Source: the human T2T-CHM13v2.0 reference genome, Homo sapiens
Strand: one strand, 5' to 3'
Assembly (NCBI RefSeq): GCF_009914755.1
Contig: NC_060934.1
Length of the DNA stretch: 64,000 nt
The stretch's first letter is position 1. Every line of letters begins with the position of its first letter. The position numbers and the translations under genes were made by a program. Below the pieces are notes generated by a model that worked only from the letters and a program-made list of their open reading frames with translations, ran no database searches and was not told the origin of the DNA. This document shows, one piece after another, positions 32,558-44,489 of this stretch.

Positions 32558-33015
32558 TAAAATATAAATAACATAAAATTTATCATTTTAGCCATTTTAA
32601 GTCAATAATGACATTCAGTACAGTCACATTGCTGGGCAATGATCACCACCATTCATCTCCAGAACTTTTTCATTATCCCAAACTGCAAGTCTATACCCAT
32701 TAAACAATAGCTCCTCAATCTCCCAGCCCCACAATGCCTGGTAGTATCTATTCTTCTTCCTGTCTCTATGAATTTCCCAGCTACCTCATATAAGCAAAAT
32801 CTTAAAGCATTTTTCCTTTTGTGTCTGGTTCATATTACTGAGCATAATGTTTTCCAGGTTCACCCATGTTGTGCCTGTATCAGAATCTCATTCCCTTTGA
32901 AGGCTGAATAATGTTCCATGTATGGATATAGCACATTCTGTTATCCATGTATCTGTCAACAGACTCTTGGGTTGTTCCCACCTTTTGGCTATTGTAATGA
33001 ACGCTGCTATGGAGA
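32557..33015 (-). mobile_element. L1MB-like 3' end
   Basis: gtaaaatataaataacataaaatttatcattttagccattttaag...ccaccttttggctattgtaatgaacgctgc. Confidence 0.75.
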
Positions 33016-33086
33016 TTGCTGTCAGTAGTTTAAACATCAAAGTAGCAAAAGTTAACTTTGTTTCACAAAAACAGACCACCACATAC

Positions 33087-33235
33087 TGCAGTGAAGAGTT
33101 TTCGCTGTAATGGCTGATATGATGCCACTTCCTTCACAGACCAAGTACAGGCCATGTTTGGTCTCTGTCCCATTCCACTACAGGGTGCATCCAGAAGAAT
33201 TCGGTCAAAGGATTCTGGTAGAAATGGAGGTTCTC
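33087..33235 (-). CDS. NSUN6: NSUN6 exon, (G)EPPFLPESFDRILLDAPCSGMGQRPNMACTWSVKEVASYQPLQRKLFTA
   Basis: Minus strand ctttatag|GAGAAC...ACTGCA|gtatgt; 149 nt; motif IV DAPCSG. Confidence 0.96.
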
Positions 33236-33867
33236 CTATAAAGAGAATTATAATCATGTTTACTATCTTCCATATAGGTTTAAACTAGAAAACTCCTGAG
33301 ATGAGCAGGAATTTAAAATCATAATCTAGAATAAAAAAATGAAACAATTTCTCCCTTCAATCAAGTAGCTGGTTAAACTAATTTTGACTTATACCTAATA
33401 CAGATTTGATGTGGTAGAAAGGTTAAAAATGTAGTTATAGTTGAAAGTTATTCTGTTGATATAGTACAAACCAAGGCCTAATCACAAAAGACCTTCTACC
33501 CCAAACTTCAGAAGCCACAACTCATCAAAGCTAGGACTTGGAATTAATTCTAGTTGTTCTGGAAATGGATACTTCTCTTGGTAATTCCTATTGAAGACAG
33601 CCCCCAAGAAAATGCCTGTTTGACTGTTGTGAAACACACTGATTCTGTGTTCCTGAGTCTCCTTGTTTCTGTGGCCATGAGAATGGCTATGGTCTAGAAT
33701 AGGGAGAATGAGCCAGTACCACCCCTAGATTCAATCTTCCACGAAGTTTTCCTTTGCATTCACTTCAGTAATTTTCTCTAACTTCTAATCTATTTAATAT
33801 TATTGGAGGAAGGTGTGAAACCAAGTGGTCTGTTTACATATTTGGGCTGTCTACCTGCTACCAAGAT

Positions 33868-34570
33868 TTCCATTCCATTCCGCATTCCATTTCATTCCGC
33901 ATTCCATTCCATTCCCCATTCTATTCCATTCTCCATTCCATTCCATTCCATTCCCCATTCCATTCCATTCTGCGTTCCATTCCATTCTCCATTCCACTCC
34001 ATTCAATTCTCTACTCCATTCTATTCTCCATTCCATTTGATTCTCCATTCCATTCTTCTCCATTCAAATTCCCTAATCAATTCCATGCTCCATTACATTC
34101 CATTCTACACTACACTGCATTCCACATATCATTCCATTCTCAATTCACCATTCCATTCTCCCTTCCATTCCATTCCACTACACTCGACTCTCCATTCCAT
34201 TCTCCACTCAATTCTCCATTACATTCCATTCTCCATTCCATTCCATTCCATTCTATTCCACTCCATTCTCTAATCTATTCTCCATTTCATTCCATTCCCT
34301 TCTCCATTCCATTTCCCAATCCATTCTCCATTCCATTAAATTCCATCTTCAGTTCGATTCCATTCTCCATTCCATTCCGTTCGATTCTCCATTCCATTCC
34401 ATTCTCCCTTCCCTTCCATTCCATTCTCCATTCCATTCCATTGCATTCTCCATTCCATTCCATTGCATTCTCCATTCCATTCCATGCTCCATTCGATTCC
34501 ATTTCATTCTCCATTCCATTCCATCCTCCATACCATTCCATTCTCTATTCCGTTCCGTTCTCCATTCCAT
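33868..34570. repeat. HSat3-like satellite block 1 (CATTC strand on +), degenerate
   Basis: (CATTC)n with interspersed CATTCTC; starts ~630 bp from the NSUN6 acceptor at 33236. Confidence 0.93.
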
Positions 34571-37500
34571 GGAATGGAATGGGGAATGGTATGGAATGAA
34601 ATGCAGAATGGAAGAGAATGGAATGGAGAATGGAAGGGAATGGGAAGGAGAATGGAATGGAATGCAGAATGGAGAATGGAATGGAATGGAGAATGGAATG
34701 GAATGCGAAATGGAATGGAATGGAGAATGAACTGGAATGGAGAATGGAATGGAATGGAGAATGGAATGGAGCGGAGAAAGGAATGGAGTGGAGAATGGAA
34801 TGAAAGGGAGGATGGAATGGAATGAAATGGAGTGTGGAATGGAGATTGTTTTGAATGGAATAGGGAATGGAATGGCATGGAGTGGAACGGAATGGAAGGA
34901 AGAATGGAATGGAATGGAGAATGGAATGCAATGTAGTGGAAAATGAAAAGGAATGCAGAATGGAATGGAAATGTAACAAATGGAGAATGGAATAGAATGC
35001 TGAATGGAATGGAGAATGGATTGGAATGGAATGGAATAGAGAATGGAGAATGGAATGGAATGCAATGGAGAATAGAGTAGAATAGAATAGAATGGAGAAT
35101 GGAATGGAATAGAATGAAGATTGAACTGGAATGCAGAGTGGAATGAGATGGAGAATGGAATGGAATGGAATGGAGAACGGTATGGAATGGAATGGAATGG
35201 AGAATGGAAGGGAATGGAATGGAATCGACAATGCAGAATGGAATGGAGAATGTAATTGATTACAGAATGGAATGGCATAGAGAATGAACTCAAATGGAGA
35301 ATGGAATGGAATGGAGAATAGAATGCAATGGAATGGAGACTGGAATGGAATGGACAGGAATGGAGAAGGGAATAGAATTGAATGGAGAATGGATTGGATA
35401 AACGAATGCGGAATGGAATGGAATCAAGAATGGAATGGAATGGGGAATGGAATGGAATGCAGAATGATATGGAATGGACTGGAGACTGGAAGGGAATGGA
35501 AAGGAGAATGGAATGGAATGTAGAAAGAAGAATGGAATGGAATGGAGAACAGAATGCAATGGAGAGTGGAATGCAATGTGGAATGGAATGGAATGGAGAG
35601 TGAACTGGAATGGAGAATGAAATGGAATGGAGTGGAGAATGGAATGAAATGGAGAATGGAATAGAGAATGGAATGGAACAGACAACGGAATGGAATGAAC
35701 AATGGAATGGGGAATGGAATGGAGTGGAGAATGGAATGAAAGGGAGAATGGAATGGAATCAATCGGAACGTGGAATGCAGAATGGGTATGAATGGAATAG
35801 AGAATTGAATGGAATGGAGTGGAATGGAATGGAACAGAGAATGGAATGGACTGTAGTGGAAAAAGGACTGGAGAATGGAATGGAATGGAGAATGTAACAG
35901 ATGGAGAATGGAATGCAATGGAGAATGGAATGGAATGCTGAATGGAATGCAGAATGGAAGAGAGAATGCAGTGGAGTGGAGAATGTATGGGAATGGAATG
36001 GAGAATGGAATGTAATGGAGAGTGGATGGAATGTATTACAATGGAGAATGAAATGGAATGGAATAGAATGGTATGGAATGGAAAACGGCATGGAATGGAA
36101 TGGAGAATGGACTGGGAAATGGGATGGAATATAATGGAGAATGGAATGGAATAGAGAATGGAAGAAACGGAATGGAATCAAGAATGGAATGGAATGGAAT
36201 GGAATGAAATGAAATGGAGAATGGAATGGACACTGGAATGGAAAATGTAATGGAGAATAGAATGGAATGCAGTGGAATGGAGAGTGGAATGGAGAATGGA
36301 ATGGAATGGAGAATGGAATGGAGTGGAGAATAGAAAGGAACAGAGAATGGAATGGAGTGAAGAATGGCATGGAAGGAAATGGAGAATGTAATGTAATGGA
36401 GAATGGAATGGAGGATGGAATGGAATGGAGGATGGAATGGAATGGAGAATGGAATGGAATATGGAATGGAATGGAGGATGAAATGGAATAGAGTGGAGAG
36501 TATAGAGGAAAGTAACTGAATGTGAATGAAATGGAATGAAGAATGGAATGGAATGGAGAATGGAATAGAGTGGAATGGAGAATGGAATGGAATAGAGAAT
36601 GGAATGGTATGGAGAATGGAATGGAATGGAGAATGGAATGGAATCGAATGGAGCATGGAATGGAATGGAGAATGCTATGGAATGCATTGGAGAATGGAAC
36701 AGAGTGGAATAGAGAATGGGATAGAATGCAGTGGTGAATAGAATGGAATGAAGGATGGTATGGAGAATGGAATGGAAGGGAGCATGGAATGAAGGCAGCA
36801 TGGAATGGAATAGAGAATGGAATGGAATGGAGAATGGAATGAAATGGAGTGGAGAATGGAATGGAATAGAGAATGGAATGGAATGGAGCATGGAATGTAA
36901 TGGAGAACAGAATGGAATGGAATGGAATGGAATGGATGATGGTATGGAGAATGGAATGGACAGTGGAATGGAATGGAGAATGGAATGGACAATGGGTTAG
37001 AATGGAGAATGGAATAGAATGGAGAATGGAAAAGAGCGGAATGGAATGGAGAATGGAATGGAAAGGAGGATGGAATGGAATGGAAAGTGGAATGAAATGG
37101 AATGGAGAAGAATGGAATGGAGAATGGAATGGAATGGAGAATGAACTGGAATGGAGAATAGAATGGAATGGAGAATGGAATGGAATGGAATGGAATGGAA
37201 TGGAATGGAGAATGGAAGGGAATGGAATGGAAAATGGTATGGAATGGAGAATTAAATAGAATGGATAATAGAATGGAATATGGAATGGAATGAAATGAAG
37301 ACTGGAATGGAGAATGGTGTGGAATGGAAGGGAAAATGGAGAATGGAATGGAATCGAGAATTGAATGGAATGGAATGGAGAATAGAATGCAATTGAATGG
37401 GATGGACATGAATGGAGAATGGAATGGAATGGAGAATGGAATGGAATGGAATGCAGAGTGGAATGGAATGAAGAATGAAGAATGGAATAGAATGCAATGG

Positions 37501-40500
37501 GAAGTGGAATGGAATGGAATGCGAATAGAATGGAATGAAGAATGGAATGGAAAATGGAATAGAATGGAATGCACAGTGGAATGCAATGGAGAATGGAATG
37601 GAATAGAGAATGGAATGGGGAATGTAATGGAATGGGGAGTAGTATGGAATGCAATAGAGAATGGAAGGCAATGGAATGAAGAATGGAAGAAAACAGAAGG
37701 GAGAATGGAATGGAATGGAGAACTGAATGGAATGGAATGCAGAATGGGATGAAATGGAGAATGGAATGGAATGGAATGGAGAATGGAATAGAGAATGGAA
37801 TGGAACGGAGAATGGAATGGAATGCAGTGGTGAATAGAATGAAATGGAGAATGGAATGTTATGGAATGGAGGATGGTGTGGAGAATGGAATGGAATAGAC
37901 AATGGAATGGAATGGACATGGAATGGAGAACGGAATGGAGAATGGAGTGGGGAATGGAATAGAATGGGGAATTGAAATGCGAATGGAATGGAAAGGGGAA
38001 GGGAATGGAATGGAGAATGGATTGGAATGGAATACAGAAGGATTTGGTATGGAATGAAGAATGGAATGGAAGGTAGAATGGAATGGAATGGAGACTGAAC
38101 TGAAATGGAGAGTGGAATGCAATGGAGAATGCAAGGGAATGGAATGGAGGAAGGAAGGGAATGGAATGGAGAAAGGAAGGGAATGGAATGGAAAATGGAA
38201 TGGAATGGAGAATGGTATGGAACGGAATGGAGAATGGAAGGGAATGGAATGGAGAATGGAAGGGAATGGAATGGAGAATGGAATGCAGTGAAAAATGGAA
38301 TAGAATAGATAGTGGAATGGAGAATGGAATGGAAAGTGGAATGGAATGGAAAATGGAATGGAATGCAGCATGGAATGCAATGAAATGGAGAATAGTGTGC
38401 AGAATGGAATGGAAAGTAGAGAATGGAATGGAATGGGGAATGGAATGCAGTGGTGAATAGAATGGAATGGAAAATGGTGTGGAGGATGGAATGCGTATGC
38501 AATGGAGAAAAGAGAACATGGAATGGAGAATGGAATTGAATGCAGAATGGAATGGAATGGAGAATGCTACGGAATGCAGTGGAGAGTGGAAGAGAATCGA
38601 ATGGCGAAGCGGATGGAATGCAGTGGTGAACAGAATGGAATGGAGGATGGTATGGAGAATGAAATGGAGTGGAGAATGGAATGGAAGGGAGCATGGAATG
38701 GAATGGAGAATGGAATGGAATGGAGAATGGAATGAAATGGAATGGAGAATGGAATGGAATAGAGAATGGAATGGAATAGAGCATGGAATGGAATGGAGAA
38801 TAGAATGGAAGGGAGAATGGAATGGAATGGAATGGATGATGGTATGGAGAATGGAATGGACAGTGGAATGAATGGAATGGAGAATGGAATGGAAGATGGA
38901 TTGGAACGGAGAATGGAATAGAGTGGAGAATGGAAAAGAGCGGAATGGAATGGAGAATGGAATGGAAAGGAGGATGGAATGGAATGGAAAGCGGAATGAA
39001 ATGGAATGGAGAATGGAATGGAATGGAGAATGAACTGGAATGGAGAATAGAATGGAATGGAGAATGGAACAGAATGGAATGGATAATGGAAGGGAATGGA
39101 ATGGAAAATGGTATGGAATGGAGCATTAAATAGAATGGAAAATAGAATGGAATATGGAATGGAGCGTGGAATGGAATGGAATGAAATGAAGAATGGAATG
39201 GAGAATGGTGTGGAATGGAAGGGAAAATGGAGAATGGAATGTAATCAAGAATTGAATGGAATGGAATGAAGAATAGAATGCAACTGAATGGGATGGACAT
39301 GAATGGAGAATGAAATGAAATAGAATGGAGAATGGAATGGAATGGAATGCAGAATGGAATAGAGAATGGAATGGAATGAAGAATGGAGAATGGAATAGAG
39401 TGGAATGGACTGGAGAATGGAATGGAATGCGAATAGAATGGAATGAAGAATGGAATGGAGAATGGAATGGAATGGAATGCACAGTGGAATGCAATGGAGA
39501 ATGGAATGGGGAATGTAATGGAATGGGGAGTAGTATGGAGTGCAATAGAGAATGGAAGGGAATGGAATGGAGAATGGAAGGAAATGGAAGGGAGAATGGA
39601 ATGGAATGGAGAACGGAATGGAATGGAATGAGGAATGGGATGGAATGGAGAATGGAATGGAGTGGAGAATGGAATGGAATGCAGTGGTGAATAGAATGAA
39701 ATAGAGAATGGAATGTAATGGAATGGAGGATGGTGTGGAGAATGGAATAGAATGGAGAAGGGAATGGAAAAAGGAATAGAATATGGAATGGAATGGAGAA
39801 AGGAATAGAATATGGAATGGAACGGAGAATGGAATGCAGTAGTGAATATAATGGAGTGGAGAATGGAATGTAATGAAATGGAGGTTGGTAAGGATAACAG
39901 AATGGCGTGGAGAATGGAATGGAGAATGGAATGGAAGGGAGAATGGAAAGGACTTGAAAATGGAAAAGAATGGAATGGAATGGAGGATGGAATGGAATGG
40001 ATAGTGGAATGAAATGGAATGGAGGATGGAAAGGAATGGAATGGAGGTTGTTAAGGAGAATGGAATGGAATTGAGAATAGAATGGACAATGGAATGGAAG
40101 GGAGAATGGAATGAAAAATGGAAAAGAATGGAATGGAGAATGCAATGGAATGGAAAATGGAATGAAATGCAATGGTGAATAGAATGGAGTGAAGAATGGA
40201 ATGGAATTGAGAATGGAATGGACAATGGAATGGAAGGGAGAATGGAAGGGAGAATGGAAAAGAATGGAATGGAGAATGCAATGGAATGGAAAATGGAATG
40301 AAATGCAATGGTGAATAGAATGGAGTGAAGAATGGAATGGAGGATGGTATGGAGAATGGAATGGAATGGAGAATGGAATGGAATTGGAAATGGAGGAGAA
40401 TTGAATGGAACGAAGAGTGGAATGAAATGGAGAATGGAATGCAGAATGGAATGGAATGGAGAATAGAATGGAATGGAAGATGGAATGGAATAGAGAATGG

Positions 40501-43500
40501 AATGGTGAATGCAATGGAATGGGGAATGGAATGGAGAATGTAACGGATGGAGAATGGATTAGAATGTGGAATTGAATGGAATGGAGAATGGAATGAAATG
40601 GAATGGAGAATGGGATGGAATGGAGAATTGATTGGAATGGAATTGAATAGAGAATGGAATGGAAGGGAGAATATAATGGAAAGGAATGGGGAATGGAATG
40701 GGGAATGGAATGGAATGGAGAATGGAATAGAATGGAGAATGGATTGGAATGGAATGGAGAATCGAATGGAGAATGGAATGGAATGGAATGGAGAGTAGAA
40801 TGGATTGGAATGGAACAGAATGGAGAGTGGAGAATAGAAACGAATTGAATGGAATGGAGAATGCAATAGAGAATGGAATGGAATGGAGAATGGAATGGAA
40901 TGCGGAATGGAATGGAGAATGGAATGGAATTAAGAATCTTACGGAGACGGCAATGGAATGTGAAATGTAATGCATTGGAATATGGAATGCAATGAAGAAT
41001 GAAATGGAATGGACAATGGAATGGAATGGACAATGGAGTGGAGAATGGAAGGGAATGGAATGCAGAATGGAATGGAAGCGAATGGAGAATAGAATGGAAT
41101 GGAATGGAATGGAGAAAGGAATGGGGAATGGAATGCAGTGGGGATTTGAATGCGGAATGGAATGCAATGGAAAGGGGAATGGAATGGAATGGAGAATGGA
41201 TTGGAATGGAATGGAGAATGGACTGGAATGGAATAGAGAATGGTTTGGAATGGAATGGAGAATCGAATGGAATAGAGAATGGAATGCAATGGAGAATGGA
41301 ATGGAATGGAGATTGAGCTGGAATGGAGAATGGAATGAAATGGAAAATGGAATGGAATGGAATGGAGAAAGGAAGGGAAGGGAATGGAATGGAATCGAGA
41401 ATGCAGAATGGATAATAGAATGGAATGTGGAATGGAATGGAATGGAGAATGAACTGGAATGGAAAATGGAATGGAATGGAGAATGGTATGGAATGGAACG
41501 GAGAATGGCAGAGAATGGAATGGATAATGTACGGCAATGGAATAGAGAATGGTATGGAATGGAGAATGGAATAGAATGGATAATGGAATGGAGAATGGAA
41601 TGGTATGAGAAATGTAATGTAATGTAATGCAGGATGGAATGGAATGGAGCATGGAATGCAATGAAATAGAGAATGAAGTGGGCAACGGAACAGAAAATGG
41701 AGAATGGAGAATAGAATGGCATGCACTGGTGAATAGAAAGGAATGGAGAATGGAATGGAATGGAGAAAGGAATAGAAAATGGAATGGAATGGAGAATGGA
41801 ATGGAATACGGAATGGAATGCAGTGGTGAATAGAATGGAATGGAGGATGGTATGGAGAATGGAATAGAATGGAAAATGGAATGGAGTAGAGAATGGAATA
41901 TAAAGGAATGGAATGGAGAATGGAATGGAGAATGGAGAATGGAATGGAGAATGGAATGGAATGTGGAATGGAATGCAATGAGGAATGGAATGGAATGGAG
42001 AATGGAATAGAGAATGGAATGGAATAGAGAATGGAATGGAGATGGAATAGAGAATGGAATGGTATGGAGAATGGAGAATGATATGGAACGGAATGGAGAA
42101 TGGAAGAGAATGGAATGGGGTGCAGTGGTGAACAGAATGGAATGGAGAATGGAATGGAATGGAGGATGGTATGGAGAATGGAATGGAATGGAGCATAGAA
42201 TGGAATGGAGCATGGAATAAAATGGAACATGAAATGCAGTGATGGAGAATGGTATGGAGTGGAATGGAAAATGGGGTATGGAATGGAATGGAGAATAGAA
42301 TGGAATGGAATGCAGAATGGAATGGAGGATGGTATGGAAAATGGAATGGAATGGAGAATGGAATGGAATGGAAAAAGGAATAGAATATAGAATGCAATGG
42401 AGAATGGAATGGAGAATAGAATGGAATGGAATACAGTGATAAATAGGCTAGAAGGGAGAATGGAACAGAATGAAATGAAATGGAATGGAGGATGGAATGG
42501 AGAATGGAATGGAATGCAGTGGTGAACAGAATGGAATGGAATGGAGGATGGTATGGAAAATGGAATGGAATGGAGAATGGAATGGAATGGAGAATGGAAT
42601 AGAATGGAGAATGGAATAGAATGGAGAAAGGAATAGAATATGGAATAGAATGGAGAAAGGAATAGAATATGGAATAGAATGGAGAACGGAATGGAGAATA
42701 CAATGGAATGGAATGCAGTGGTGAATAGAATGGAATGGAGAATGTAATAGAATGAAACGTAATGCAGGCTGGAATGGAGAATGGAATGGAATGGAGAATA
42801 GAATGGACAATGGAAAGAAATGGAGAATGGAATGAATGGAATGGAGAATGGAAAAGAGTGGAATGGAATGGAGAATGGAATGGAATGAAAAATGATATGG
42901 AATGGAGAATTGAAAGGAATGGATAATGGAATGGAATGCGGAATGCAATGGAGCATGGAATGGAGTGGAGCATGAAATGGAATGAAGTGGAGAATGGAGT
43001 GGAATGGAACGGAAAGTGGAGCACTGAATGGAATGGAGAATAGAATGGAATGGAAAATGGAATGGAACAGAATGGAGAATGGAAGGGACTGGAGAATGGA
43101 ATGGAATGGAGAATAGAATGCAATAGAATGGAATGGAATGGAGAATGGAATGGATTGGACAGGAATGCAGAATGGAATGGAATAGAATGGAGAATGGAAT
43201 GCAACGGAGAATGGAATGGAATGCAGAATGGAATGGATTGCAGAATGGAATGGACTGCGAAACGGAATAGCATGAAGAAGAATGGAGGATAGAATAGAAG
43301 GGAATGGAGAACGGAATGGAATGGAGAATGGAATGGAATGCGGAATGGAATGGAATGCGGAATGGAATGGATTGCAGAATGGAATGGATTGTAGAATGGA
43401 ACAGAATGAAGAAGAATGGAGAATGGAATAGAATGGAATGGAGAATGGAATAGAATGGAATGGAGAATGGAGTGGAATAGAGAATGGAATGGGGATTGTA

Positions 43501-44489
43501 ATGGAATGGGGAATGGTATGGAATGAAATACAGAATGGAAGAGAATGGAATGGAGAATGGAAGGGAATGGGAAGGAGAATGGAATGGAATGCAGAATAGA
43601 GAACGGAATGGAATGGAGAATGGAATGGAATGCGAAATGGAATGGAATGGAGAATGAACTGGAATGGACAATGGAATGGAATGGATAATGGAATGGAATG
43701 GAGTGGAGAAAGGAATGGAGTGGAGAATGGAATGAAAGGGAGGATGGAATGGAATGAAATGGAGCGTGGAATGGAGATTCTTATGAATGGAATAGAGAAT
43801 GGAATGGCATGGAGTGGAATGGAATGGAAGGAAGAATGGAATGGAAGGAAGAATGGAATGGAATGGAGAATGGAATGGAATGTAGTGAAAAATGGAAAGG
43901 AATGGAGAATGGAATGGAAAATGTAACAAATGGAGAATGGAATGGAGAATGGAATAGAATGCTGAATGGAATGGAGAATTGATTGGAATGGAATGGAACA
44001 GAGAATGCAGAATGGAATGGAATGGAATGGAGAATGGAGTAGAATAGAATGGAGATTGAACTGGAATGGAGAGTGGAACAAAATGGAGAATGGAATGGAA
44101 TGGAGAATGGTATGGAATGGAATGGAGAATGGTATGGAATGGAATGGAGAATGGTATGGAATGGAAGGCAATGAAATGGAGAATGGAAGGGAAGGGAATG
44201 GAGAATGGAATGGAATCGAGAATGCAGAATGGAATGGAGAATGTAATTGATTACAGAATGGAATAGAATAGAGAATGAACTAGAATGGAGAATGGAATGG
44301 AACGGAGAATGGTATGGAACTGAGAATGGTATGGAACGGAATGGAGAATGGCAGGAATGGAATGGAGAATGAAAGGGAATGAAATGGAGAACGGTATGGA
44401 ATGGAGAATGGAATAGAATGGAGAGTGGAATGGAATATGGGATAGAATGGAGAGTGGAATGGAGAGTAGAATGGAAAGTGGAATGGAAT
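34571..44489. repeat. HSat3-like satellite block 2, inverted (GAATG/GGAGAAT strand on +), ~9.9 kb
   Basis: Dominant unit GGAAT-GGAAT-GGAGAAT (12/17-mers); CpG-poor, with few TCGAAT words, so not HSATII-like. Confidence 0.95.
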
